Shown piece after piece: positions 44,412-53,009 of a stretch of DNA of 64,000 nucleotides. The stretch comes from an uncultured Methanosarcinales archaeon (GTDB lineage Archaea; Nanobdellota; Nanobdellia; Woesearchaeales; GW2011-AR15). Location of the stretch: NCBI GenBank assembly GCA_964537195.1, contig CAZHYZ010000001.1, forward strand, positions 93,100 through 157,099, given 5' to 3'. The notes beneath the pieces are model-generated. The model was not told the DNA's origin. It saw nothing but the letters and a program-made list of their open reading frames with translations, and did no database searches. Each line of letters starts with the position of its first letter. Within the stretch, counting starts at the first letter, position 1. The translations under genes were made by a program, and so were the position numbers.

Positions 44412-44984
44412 CTAAACAGGCGGACCAACATAACCTATCCATAACACAGCAAAAACACCAACCAATAAAACAAGCATCATGCCTAAGACCTTAGGGTGGA
44501 ATAATGTGGCCCCTAAATTCTGAGCATAACTTCCTGTTGCAACATCTCCTCCTTCTCCTGCTTGAACATTGTCAGGATCAACTGTCTGATTACCATTACC
44601 TAAAAACGGTCCTGCCTCTTGTCCAATTCTCAAGGAAATATTCAATAATAGGATAAATATAGAGATAACTAAAATCCAAGTTCCCAAGCTTTTTAATAAT
44701 GGTTCTGGTAGAGAAGAACCCACTGATTGAGTTACAATCAATACAAAGACAAGAGCAATCATCAATATAATAAACCAAGGAACAGTGTCTTTTATTATGT
44801 CAATAGCATCCTGTGAGAAAATAAAAATTAAAGAAACAGCAAACGCTAAAAGAGCATTTACACCTTTATCTCCTCCAAGAGGCTTCCTAAACATTAAAAC
44901 TCCGTAAGTAGCAGTAAATACAAATAAGATTACAAAAATATTTGAAAACTCGTTCAGGAGTGTTATGTCAAGGAATGATGCCAT
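44412..44984 (-). CDS. Hypothetical polytopic membrane protein (tandem paralog family, copy 3)
   Basis: ~190 aa with 4-5 TM helices. Gly/Asn-rich loop. Confidence 0.45.
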   Translation of the reverse strand: MASFLDITLLNEFSNIFVILFVFTATYGVLMFRKPLGGDKGVNALLAFAVSLIFIFSQDAIDIIKDTVPWFIILMIALVFVLIVTQSVGSSLPEPLLKSLGTWILVISIFILLLNISLRIGQEAGPFLGNGNQTVDPDNVQAGEGGDVATGSYAQNLGATLFHPKVLGMMLVLLVGVFAVLWIGYVGPPV

Positions 44985-45554
44985 TTAGTGTTGATCACCT
45001 TTGAATATTTTTCCCATACCTTCAAAAAAGTCTTTGAAGCCTTCACTTTCTTGATCTGGTTCTGAAGTTATGAACCACACAATTATTCCAAACACCAATA
45101 TTGCGACCAATAAAGATCTGGTTTGGTCATCTGCTAAAAATCCAATTTGATCTACTACTCCCGCAGATGCTAAGAAAGTATATGCAACAGCAATAATCGC
45201 AAATATCACAACAATACCTGCTAAAGGAGTACCTGCAACATTTACATTACTACCAAACACACCAATTAATAATAAGACCATCATAGATGCTATCATCAAT
45301 AATGAGACATTTGGCAGTGCCTTATTAATAATGTCTACTGCACTCGTTGCTTCCGGATTAGTAACATGAGGTATTATAACTACTAGCGCCAATACTAAAG
45401 CCAATATAACATTAAATTTGTGAGATTTCTCCCCAAGTATCTTTGATTTCTGTAAGACTGCAAATGCTATTGTGAATATCAATAAGAAAGGCAGTAACAC
45501 TTCTGTGATTCCCATTTGATCAAGTTGAATTATGTATGTTTCTAAAAGCGACAT
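44985..45554 (-). CDS. Hypothetical polytopic membrane protein (tandem paralog family, copy 2)
   Basis: Shares the N-terminal motif EVLLPFLLIFT with copy 1. Confidence 0.45.
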   Translation of the reverse strand: MSLLETYIIQLDQMGITEVLLPFLLIFTIAFAVLQKSKILGEKSHKFNVILALVLALVVIIPHVTNPEATSAVDIINKALPNVSLLMIASMMVLLLIGVFGSNVNVAGTPLAGIVVIFAIIAVAYTFLASAGVVDQIGFLADDQTRSLLVAILVFGIIVWFITSEPDQESEGFKDFFEGMGKIFKGDQH

Positions 45555-45557
45555 TTT

Positions 45558-46133
45558 TTATTCCTCCTTTTCGCTGCTGGCTTTTGGATTGCTTGTGATC
45601 CACATCATCATAACAACAAGCAATATTGTTAACACAAGTGCGCCAAACGCAGCATTGTCAATATTATTAACTATAAAACCCCATGCGAAATATAACCAGG
45701 GGGTACCATCATTTGTCTTTAAAGCATGTAAAAATATTACTAATATACCTATAAACATTATCCACATAAAAATGTTTTTGAATGGTTTTCCTAAGGAAAA
45801 TTCTTCTTTTCCGGTGTGGAATACTCCAGCAAGTAATAAAAACATTACTCCTAGTAACAGGAGTATGGTCATGTTAGCAACAGCCTCATTTACTGCAGCA
45901 ACTAATCTTGAACTTGCCACAACCAAAAAAGCAGTGACAAAAGCAAACATACTATTCAAGTTTTTCTTTGAAACCTCTTCTCCTGCAAATGTCTCGGTTC
46001 CAAACACTTTTGTTTTTTCTAGAATTGCATATACTAAGGTGAATATTAAGAGAAAAGGTAGTAAAACTTCATAAACACCCAATCTATCAAGAAACTGGAT
46101 ACCCGTAGCAAAAGGAGATGTATAATCTGCCAT
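45558..46133 (-). CDS. Hypothetical polytopic membrane protein (tandem paralog family, copy 1)
   Basis: MADYTSPFATGIQFLDRLGVYEVLLPFLLIFTLVYAIL. Confidence 0.45.
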   Translation of the reverse strand: MADYTSPFATGIQFLDRLGVYEVLLPFLLIFTLVYAILEKTKVFGTETFAGEEVSKKNLNSMFAFVTAFLVVASSRLVAAVNEAVANMTILLLLGVMFLLLAGVFHTGKEEFSLGKPFKNIFMWIMFIGILVIFLHALKTNDGTPWLYFAWGFIVNNIDNAAFGALVLTILLVVMMMWITSNPKASSEKEE

Positions 46134-46248
46134 ATTAGTATAGGTTTAGATGTTTGTAGCTATATAAATGTTTTGTTTCTCAGTCTATTTTTGAAGTCCA
46201 CAAAACAGGAATAAATTTTATAAATGACCCACTTTTACTTTTACATAA

Positions 46249-46824
46249 ATGATTGACAAAAAGATTTTTCCACAACTAAAAAAAGAGATAGAAGATCATG
46301 ATAATATCCGAGAAGAATTAATAGTAGAATCAAGACCTATATTACAGGAATCAAAGAAAGCAATTTATTCTATTCATAGAGGTAATCTAAAAAAAGCTAG
46401 ACAGATAATAAGAAAAGCAAAAAAACAACTTAAAAAATTAAACAAAAAAGCAAAAAACCCTAGCACGTTTACAGGAGCATATGACAATGCTTTACAAGAA
46501 TATGTTGAAGCAGTTACATATTATTGTTTTGTGAAAGAAAACAGATTAATGGGAAACAAAGAACTTGGTGTTGATGCTGAGAATTATCTTTTGGGCATTT
46601 GTGACTTAACTGGTGAGTTGGGCAGAAGAGCAGTTTTCTCTGTTGTAAATGAAGACTATGATAAAATACCTAAGATAAAAGAATTTGTGGAACAGATTTA
46701 TTACGAATTTTCACAGTTTGATTTTAAGAATGGACTTCTAAGAAAAAAAGCAGATTCAATCAAATATAACTTAAAGAAAATTGAAGAGATAATGTATGAT
46801 CTTAAGGTAAGGGATAAGATATGA
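46249..46824 (+). CDS. Translin-family protein (putative)
   Basis: YLLGICDLTGELGRRA and C-terminal LRKKADSIKYNLKKIEEIMYDLKVR resemble the translin signature blocks. Confidence 0.5.
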   Translation: MIDKKIFPQLKKEIEDHDNIREELIVESRPILQESKKAIYSIHRGNLKKARQIIRKAKKQLKKLNKKAKNPSTFTGAYDNALQEYVEAVTYYCFVKENRLMGNKELGVDAENYLLGICDLTGELGRRAVFSVVNEDYDKIPKIKEFVEQIYYEFSQFDFKNGLLRKKADSIKYNLKKIEEIMYDLKVRDKI

Positions 46825-47315
46825 TGAAGTTTAAGCAAGTATTTGAAAAATTACAAAAAAGCAAAGAGTTTAAAGATTGGAAAAAAGATCATGAGAAATC
46901 ATATGTTAGTTATGGTTTTCTAATGAAAGATTCCAAAGTAAAAAAAGAATGGCAGATTGGTTATTATAATCCAACTAAAGACACAATAACTACTTTCTCA
47001 ATTAGTTCTAAGATTACAATGAATCCTGAATCTCAGATATTTAAAGATAAAAAGAAAGTAAAAAAATTAGATATTGCAAAAGTCCATTTTGATATGGACA
47101 AAGCATTAAAAAAATCAAAGAAGCTTCAAGAAGAAAAATATCCACAGCATATGCCATCAAAAGAAATTGTTATATTGCAGAATTTAGATTTTGGACAGGT
47201 CTGGAACATCACTTATGTTACACAAACATTCAAAACTCTTAATATAAAAATAGATGCTTCTTCAGGCCAGATTTTGAAATATGAGTTAATGGATTTGTTC
47301 CGTGTTCAAACCTAG
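46821..47315 (+). CDS. Hypothetical protein translationally coupled to the translin-like gene (ATGA overlap)
   Basis: 164 aa, Lys-rich, no recognisable motif. Confidence 0.4.
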   Translation: MMKFKQVFEKLQKSKEFKDWKKDHEKSYVSYGFLMKDSKVKKEWQIGYYNPTKDTITTFSISSKITMNPESQIFKDKKKVKKLDIAKVHFDMDKALKKSKKLQEEKYPQHMPSKEIVILQNLDFGQVWNITYVTQTFKTLNIKIDASSGQILKYELMDLFRVQT

Positions 47316-47443
47316 ACCTGATTTAAAAAGTTTATTTTTCTCAAACATATATATTTGAATTTAATAGTTTTTATAAACAGTAAAAATAATCTTAGAATCG
47401 GACCAAATTGTTTTTGTATTGGCAATAATATTGGCTATAAAAA

Positions 47444-47872
47444 ATGGTAGAAATAAGACTAGTAAAATTACATGAAGACATGACAACTCCCCACTATTCT
47501 CATGAGGGCGATGCAGGTATTGATTTAAGATCTGCAGAAGAGTTTGTCTTAAAATCTGGCGAATCAAAAGTTGTTAAAACAGGAATCAAGATGGCCATTC
47601 CAAAAGGCTATGTCGGTCTAATTTGGGACAAGAGCGGATATGCTGCCAAAAGCAGTATTCATGTTTTAGCTGGTGTCATTGATTCAACATATCGCGGAGA
47701 AATTGGAGTTGTTTTAAAGAATCTTGGAAAAGAAGATTTTGAAATAAAGAAAGATATGAAGATTTCTCAAATACTAATTCAACCAGTTGTTACTGCTAAT
47801 TTAATTGAAACAGATTCATTACAAGATACAAAGAGAGGATCCGGAGGATTCGGAAGTACCGGGACACATTAA
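47444..47872 (+). CDS. dut: dUTP diphosphatase (dUTPase)
   Basis: AGIDL, GVIDSTYRGEIGVVL and C-terminal RGSGGFGSTG motifs. Confidence 0.8.
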   Translation: MVEIRLVKLHEDMTTPHYSHEGDAGIDLRSAEEFVLKSGESKVVKTGIKMAIPKGYVGLIWDKSGYAAKSSIHVLAGVIDSTYRGEIGVVLKNLGKEDFEIKKDMKISQILIQPVVTANLIETDSLQDTKRGSGGFGSTGTH

Positions 47873-48020
47873 GGTGATAATATGATTAAGAAAAACGAAC
47901 CAACAAATAACAAAACAACAGTAAGCTATAAAGAAATGATTAAAAGCAAAAAATTAGATTCTTTCTTTGATGAAGAAGAGTCAGAATAATTTTTTAAATT
48001 AATTATAGTTATCTCTTTCT

Positions 48021-48233
48021 ATGATAATATCAATGGACAAAATTGAAACAGACATCCCTGTTTATTCAAAAGCAAGGAATAAATTTGAAAAATGTGATTA
48101 TAGAGAATCAGAAACATGTAAATTATTCTTTTACACGTTTGATAATGCTTCAGATATTCTTCATCACTGTGGTTCATGCAAAGTAAATACAAAAGAACCA
48201 TCTACAGTTCGTGATGATGTAAGAAGTTGTTAA
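48021..48233 (+). CDS. Possible small zinc-ribbon-like protein (70 aa)
   Basis: C-x7-C ... HHCGSC spacing. Overlaps the convergent tmk 3' end. Weak. Confidence 0.25.
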   Translation: MIISMDKIETDIPVYSKARNKFEKCDYRESETCKLFFYTFDNASDILHHCGSCKVNTKEPSTVRDDVRSC

Positions 48234-48846
48234 CAGCTTTCTGAACTTTTTGATAGACTTCTTCAATAGAGCCAGAACCATCTATTGTTTTCCATTTTTC
48301 TTTTAATTCTGGTCTCTTAGAAAGTTCTAAATAAGTTTCTCTGGCTTTTTGAAAGAATTCAATGCTTTCTTTTTCGTGTTTGTCTCCTTCTTCATCAAGG
48401 TTTCTTCCCAGAGAAATCTCTGGGTGTAAATCAATAAAAATAACCAAGTCTGGGGTTAATCCAGATAAAGCAGTTTTATTTATTTCATATATCGTTTCAA
48501 TACCTAACTTTTTACTACCTCCTTGATAACTGCAGCTGGATAAATAAGATCTGTCAGAAATTACTATTGAGCCTTTCTCCAAAGCAGGCATTACAACCTT
48601 TCTTAGAGATTGGGCTCTGGCTGCAGCATACAAATATGCCTCACACACAGGTTCCATTGTTTCTCTGAAAGCTTTCCCCTGTACTAATTCACGTATGTCA
48701 TCAGCTATTTCTGTTCCTCCCGGTTCATATGTTAGTATAATTTTTTTATCAGGATATTTCTTCTTTAGAAATTCTTTTAATCTTCTGGCATGAGTAGATT
48801 TTCCAGTTCTTATAATTCCTTCAAACACAATATATAAGCTTGTCAT
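48202..48846 (-). CDS. tmk: Thymidylate kinase
   Basis: P-loop EGIIRTGKST, DRSYLSS lid and overall dTMP kinase layout. Confidence 0.8.
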   Translation of the reverse strand: MTSLYIVFEGIIRTGKSTHARRLKEFLKKKYPDKKIILTYEPGGTEIADDIRELVQGKAFRETMEPVCEAYLYAAARAQSLRKVVMPALEKGSIVISDRSYLSSCSYQGGSKKLGIETIYEINKTALSGLTPDLVIFIDLHPEISLGRNLDEEGDKHEKESIEFFQKARETYLELSKRPELKEKWKTIDGSGSIEEVYQKVQKAVNNFLHHHEL

Positions 48847-48924
48847 GTTCTGCTGTAATTATACACAGTTTAAAAAAATTATTATAAAAATCTATATAAA
48901 TGAATTATTACTCTGGATTTCTAT

Positions 48925-48996
48925 GGCGGCCGTGGCGTAATGGTAGCGTAGAAGCCTGTGGAGCTTCAGGAGTGGGTTCGATTCCCGCCGGCCGCC
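48925..48996 (+). tRNA. tRNA-His (GUG) with a genomically encoded G-1
   Basis: Hand fold gives acceptor GCGGCCG/CGGCCGC, anticodon stem GAAGC/GCUUC with loop CUGUGGA, T arm GUGGG-UUCGAUU-CCCGC and discriminator C pairing with G-1. Followed by a T-run. Confidence 0.85.
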
Positions 48997-49016
48997 CTCA
49001 AGCTTTTTAGAAAATT

Positions 49017-49037
49017 TTTGTGAAAAAATTTCACAAA
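49017..49037. promoter_or_regulatory. Perfect AT-rich palindrome TTTGTGAAA-AAA-TTTCACAAA downstream of tRNA-His. Terminator hairpin or transcription-factor site.
   Basis: 9-bp arms, 3-nt spacer, read directly. Confidence 0.3.
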
Positions 49038-49191
49038 CCCTGCCAAATCAAAAAGTTTACATTTTTGAAACGAAATCTCAAAGAATTTTCGGAATCTTTG
49101 ATTTGCGCTGGTTTGAGCAAAATCTGTGCGATATTAAGCTAACGCTTAAATCCCACTTTCTAAGTGTTTTCCGAGGGGAGAAACGAAAAGT

Positions 49192-49199
49192 TTTATAAA
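49192..49199 (+). promoter_or_regulatory. TATA box (tttataaa) of the ribosomal-protein operon, ~25 nt upstream of a leader hairpin
   Basis: Archaeal TATA consensus 74 nt upstream of the S13 ATG. Confidence 0.4.
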
Positions 49200-49223
49200 G
49201 GACCTATATTTCCAACAATCTAT

Positions 49224-49262
49224 CCCGAGTTAACGCGATTTGAGGGTAAGTTAATTCTCGGG
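49224..49262 (+). promoter_or_regulatory. 5' leader hairpin (CCCGAG...27 nt...CUCGGG) immediately upstream of the S13 start
   Basis: 6-bp GC-rich stem in an otherwise AT-rich leader. Confidence 0.3.
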
Positions 49263-49272
49263 GCAATATAAA

Positions 49273-49752
49273 ATGGCTGAAGATCAAAAATTAAAACACA
49301 TTATACGTGTAGGAAACACAGACCTTACAGGAAAGAAAGCAATAGCTACAGCATTAACAAAAATTAAAGGAATTGGAGATATATATGCCAACATGGTCTG
49401 TAGACTTGCTGAAGTTGATACACATAAGAGAGCAGGACACCTTACACCTTCTGAAGTTGACAGATTAAATGACCTAATACAGAATCCAGATAAATATAAT
49501 GTTCCAGATTGGATGATGAACAGAAGAAAGGACTATGAAACAGGCAAAGACAAACACGTTATTACTGCAGGCTTACAATTTATTCAAGAACAAGATGTTA
49601 GAAGATTAAAGAAAATTAAATCTTATAGAGGATTTAGACATGCAGCAGGACTTCCAGTAAGAGGTCAAAGAACAAAAGGTAATTTTAGAAGGAACAAAGG
49701 AAAAGCAATAGGAGTTAAAAGAAAGAAAGGAAGTAAATCAGGACGTGTATAA
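49273..49752 (+). CDS. rps13: 30S ribosomal protein S13 (uS13)
   Basis: MAEDQKLKHIIRVGNTDLTGKKAIATALTKIKGIGDIYANMV. Confidence 0.9.
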   Translation: MAEDQKLKHIIRVGNTDLTGKKAIATALTKIKGIGDIYANMVCRLAEVDTHKRAGHLTPSEVDRLNDLIQNPDKYNVPDWMMNRRKDYETGKDKHVITAGLQFIQEQDVRRLKKIKSYRGFRHAAGLPVRGQRTKGNFRRNKGKAIGVKRKKGSKSGRV

Positions 49753-49757
49753 ATAAA

Positions 49758-50465
49758 ATGGGAGATCCAAAATTACTAAGAAAGAAGTATTCAACGCCAA
49801 CACACCCTTGGCAAAAAGCACGAATTGAAGAAGAAAGGGGACTTACTAGAGAATATGGCTTTAAAAATAAGAAGGAATTATGGAAACTAAATTCTAAATT
49901 AAGGGCTTTTAAGTCGCAAGTTAAAGATATAGTTCCTAAGACTGATGAAATTGCACACGAACAAAAGCAGATGTTGTTGAAGAAATTACAGGGTCTTGGT
50001 TTAATTGATGAAAAAGCAATTTTAGAAGATATTTTGGCCTTGACATTAAAAGATTTGTGTGAAAGAAGACTACAGACAATTGTATTCAAAAAAGGCTTAG
50101 CTAGATCAATAAAACAGGCCAGACAATTGATTGTGCATGAGCATGTTGTTGTTGGAGAGAGAAAGATTACTTCACCATCATATATTCTAGATATAGCAGA
50201 AGAATCATTAGTTAATATTTCCAAAGATTCACCAATGATTTCTGAGGACCACCCAGAAAGAGTTCCTTTGGGCCTGGAAATAAAAAAGGAGATGGAAGAA
50301 ATAGGTTTAAAGAAGAAAGAACCAGAAGAGAAGAAAAAGGAAGAATTAAAAAAAGAACCAAAGGAAAAAGAAGAGATAGAAGAAAGACAAGAACCACAAG
50401 AAGAAGAGAAGAAAGAAGACCCTGAAGAAAAAGATTCAAATAAAGATGAGGAGACAGAAGAATGA
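49758..50465 (+). CDS. rps4: 30S ribosomal protein S4 (uS4) with a ~50-aa Lys/Glu-rich C-terminal extension
   Basis: [43 protein letters not shown]. Tail [41 protein letters not shown]. Confidence 0.85.
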   Translation: MGDPKLLRKKYSTPTHPWQKARIEEERGLTREYGFKNKKELWKLNSKLRAFKSQVKDIVPKTDEIAHEQKQMLLKKLQGLGLIDEKAILEDILALTLKDLCERRLQTIVFKKGLARSIKQARQLIVHEHVVVGERKITSPSYILDIAEESLVNISKDSPMISEDHPERVPLGLEIKKEMEEIGLKKKEPEEKKKEELKKEPKEKEEIEERQEPQEEEKKEDPEEKDSNKDEETEE

Positions 50466-50866
50466 AGAATACAAGAAAAGGAATAAGGTGGGGGATTTGT
50501 CATATTTACTCTTCATATAATAATACTATCATTCATATTACAGATATTACAGGCAGTGAGACAATTGCATTGTCTTCAGGTGGACAGATAGTAAAAGCAG
50601 ACAGATTAGAAAGTTCACCAACAGCAGCTATGGCTGCATCCAAAAAAGTTGCTGAGATAGCACTTGAGAAAGGAATTAATGGGATACATGTTAAGATTAA
50701 AGCTCCTGGAGGACATAATGGTCCAAGTAATCCGGGGCCTGGGGCACAAGCCGCTATAAGGGCCCTATCAAGAATGGGATTAAAGATTGGTATGATTGAA
50801 GATGTCACACCTGTTCCCCATGATGGTTGTAGAAAAAAAGGCGGAAGACGTGGAAGGAGGGTGTGA
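50462..50866 (+). CDS. rps11: 30S ribosomal protein S11 (uS11)
   Basis: [21 protein letters not shown]...[23 protein letters not shown]. Confidence 0.9.
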   Translation: MKNTRKGIRWGICHIYSSYNNTIIHITDITGSETIALSSGGQIVKADRLESSPTAAMAASKKVAEIALEKGINGIHVKIKAPGGHNGPSNPGPGAQAAIRALSRMGLKIGMIEDVTPVPHDGCRKKGGRRGRRV

Positions 50867-51639
50867 AAATGGTTGATTTTGAAGTTAAATCTCAGGAAGG
50901 AAACAAATTAAGCTTTTTTCTTATAGATAGCTCACCGGCATATAGCAATGCTCTGAGAAGAATAATGCTTAATGAAGTTCCAGTAATGGCAATTGAGGAT
51001 GTTGAGATTGTTAAGAACAGTTCTGCTTTATATGATGAGGTCATTGCACACAGATTAGGTTTACTACCACTTACAACAGATCTTAAATCTTATGAACTTC
51101 CCCAATCAGAGAAAGATATTGAAGAAAGAAAAGCAAAGTGTACTGTTCAAATGACTTTGAAAGCAAAAGGACCAAAAACAGTTTATGCTTCAGATTTAAA
51201 GACTGCAGATCCTAAAATAAAACCAGTTTATCCAGAAATGCCTATTGTCAAATTGCTTAAGGATCAAGAAATTGAGCTTTCTGCAATCGGAATACTTGGA
51301 AAAGGAAAGGACCACGCAAAATGGTCTCCTGGCCATGTTTGGTATAATTATAATCCAATTTTCAAAATAAATAATGCTAATATTGATAAATTTAAGGATA
51401 TGTATCCGGAACAAATTTTTGATAAGAAAGGAAAAATAGATGAAAAACTTATCCTAAAACATAATCTTACTGATGCTGTTGCTCATGTTAATGAGGAAAT
51501 CATCAAAGTAGATTATGATGATTCAACATATTTATTTTTTGTAGAAAGTTGGGGACAAATATCCCCAAAAGAGATTCTGACACAAGCCTGTGATGTTTTT
51601 GATGAAAGGCTTGAAGAAGTCAGAAAACTAATACCTTAA
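50863..51639 (+). CDS. rpoD: DNA-directed RNA polymerase subunit D (Rpo3)
   Basis: [47 protein letters not shown]. 258 aa. Confidence 0.85.
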   Translation: MKMVDFEVKSQEGNKLSFFLIDSSPAYSNALRRIMLNEVPVMAIEDVEIVKNSSALYDEVIAHRLGLLPLTTDLKSYELPQSEKDIEERKAKCTVQMTLKAKGPKTVYASDLKTADPKIKPVYPEMPIVKLLKDQEIELSAIGILGKGKDHAKWSPGHVWYNYNPIFKINNANIDKFKDMYPEQIFDKKGKIDEKLILKHNLTDAVAHVNEEIIKVDYDDSTYLFFVESWGQISPKEILTQACDVFDERLEEVRKLIP

Positions 51640-51663
51640 ACAACCGCGTTAAGCTAACTTTAC

Positions 51664-51828
51664 GCGGGGGTGGCAGAGCCTGGTCAAATATTTAGAATAG
51701 ACCAAATGCGCAAGGTTGAGGTAACATAAATGTTTCAAACGCCTTGTCCCATAGAGGGTGCGCGTGTTCAAATATTGGCGCTTGTCGCTAATGCTTCGAA
51801 CGCCAGTGAGAAAGTCACGTCCCCCGCA
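51664..51828 (+). tRNA. tRNA-Leu (anticodon GAG) carrying apparently three introns (D-loop, canonical 37/38, T-loop)
   Basis: Acceptor GCGGGGG/CCCCCGC plus A73. Leu-type D-loop AGCCUGGUCAAA with an 18-nt insert. Anticodon stem CAAGG/CCUUG with UUGAGG followed by a ~19-nt insert. Variable arm CCC-AUAGA-GGG. T stem GCGUG/CACGU with GUUCAAAU followed by a ~42-nt hairpin insert. Mature length would be ~87 nt. Confidence 0.65.
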
Positions 51829-51841
51829 TATACTCACAAAA

Positions 51842-52189
51842 ATGAAAAATCAAAACTTGCAAAAACTAATAACTGAATTAAAGAAGACTTCCATAGAACA
51901 AAAAGTAAACTTATGGAAGCGTATTGCTTTAGAATTAGAAGGACCTACAAGCAAAAAACGTGTTGTTAATCTCAGCAAGATAAATAAATACTCAAACAAA
52001 GATGAAGTTGTGATTGTTCCAGGTAAAGTTTTATCAATGGGTGAGCTTGATAAGAAGATTACAATTGCTGCCCATAAATTTTCACAGACAGCATTTGAAA
52101 AAATCAACTCCTCAGGATCAAAAGCACTTACCATTGAAGAACTTTTAAAAGAAAATCCGAAAGGAGCAAAAGTGAGGATAATAGGCTAA
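51842..52189 (+). CDS. rpl18e: 50S ribosomal protein L18e (eL18). The ORF track's 5' extension from 51758 overlaps the tRNA and is rejected.
   Basis: MKNQNLQKLITELKKTSIEQKVNLWKRIALELEGPTSKKRVVNLSKINKY. Confidence 0.8.
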   Translation: MKNQNLQKLITELKKTSIEQKVNLWKRIALELEGPTSKKRVVNLSKINKYSNKDEVVIVPGKVLSMGELDKKITIAAHKFSQTAFEKINSSGSKALTIEELLKENPKGAKVRIIG

Positions 52190-52190
52190 A

Positions 52191-52610
52191 ATGATAATTA
52201 TTGATGCAACAGATAAGATAGCTGGAAGAATTGGTACTTTTGCAGCTAAGAAAGCATTAATGGGAGAGCAAGTCAGAATTATCAATAGTGAGAGAGCAGT
52301 TATAACAGGAAAAAAGAGTCAGGTATTCGATGAATTCTTGAGAAAAAGACAAAGAGGCACACCAAAAGGTCCACACTATCCAAAGAGACCAGATAGAATT
52401 TTGAGGAGAATAATAAGAGGGATGGTTCCTTTTAAAAAGTCAAGAGGAAAAGACGCATATAGGAGGATTCATTGTTATGTTGGTGTTCCTCAAGAATTTG
52501 AAAACAAAAAAACAGCTGATATTAAAGGATCAGATATATCTAAATTGCAAAGGAGAAGATATGTTTATTTGGAAACAATTTCAAAAAGACTAGGTGCTAA
52601 ATTTGAGTAA
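52191..52610 (+). CDS. rpl13: 50S ribosomal protein L13 (uL13)
   Basis: MIIIDATDKIAGRIGTFAAKKALMGEQVRIIN. Confidence 0.85.
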   Translation: MIIIDATDKIAGRIGTFAAKKALMGEQVRIINSERAVITGKKSQVFDEFLRKRQRGTPKGPHYPKRPDRILRRIIRGMVPFKKSRGKDAYRRIHCYVGVPQEFENKKTADIKGSDISKLQRRRYVYLETISKRLGAKFE

Positions 52611-53004
52611 GAAAACAATTGTAACATCAGGAAAGAGAAAAACTGCCGTTGCCAGAGCAACATTGAATAAAGGAGATGGTCGAATTAAGATAAATAATGT
52701 TCCTCTTAATCTTTATGAGCCAAAGATGTATAGATTAAGAATTAAAGAACCACTTATATTGGCAAAAGACATTACTAGTGAAGTTGACATTAGTGTTGCT
52801 GTCAATGGTGGTGGAGTTATGAGTCAAGCAGATGCTGCCAGACTAGCTATTGCTCGTGCTCTGTCAGAATATAAACCAAGTCTTAAATCTGTATTTCTAG
52901 ATTATGACAGACAATTACTTGTAGCAGATGTAAGAAGGAAAGAAACTCATAAACCAAACAGACATGGTAGTGCTAGAAGTAAAAAGCAAAAATCATACAG
53001 ATAA
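52594..53004 (+). CDS. rps9: 30S ribosomal protein S9 (uS9)
   Basis: GKRKTAVARATLNKGDGRIKINNVP ... C-terminal RHGSARSKKQKSYR. Confidence 0.85.
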   Translation: MLNLSKKTIVTSGKRKTAVARATLNKGDGRIKINNVPLNLYEPKMYRLRIKEPLILAKDITSEVDISVAVNGGGVMSQADAARLAIARALSEYKPSLKSVFLDYDRQLLVADVRRKETHKPNRHGSARSKKQKSYR

Positions 53005-53009
53005 AAATT

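Noticed and set aside
49715-50503. 262-aa minus-strand ORF (Ser/Phe-rich)
   Set aside because: Antisense to rps13/rps4. It is produced by the Lys/Glu-rich extension of S4.
51758-51841. N-terminal extension of L18e back to 51758, and minus-strand ORF 51649..51837
   Set aside because: Both overlap the well-supported tRNA-Leu. L18e is started at the MKNQNLQ Met (51842), which follows the tRNA.
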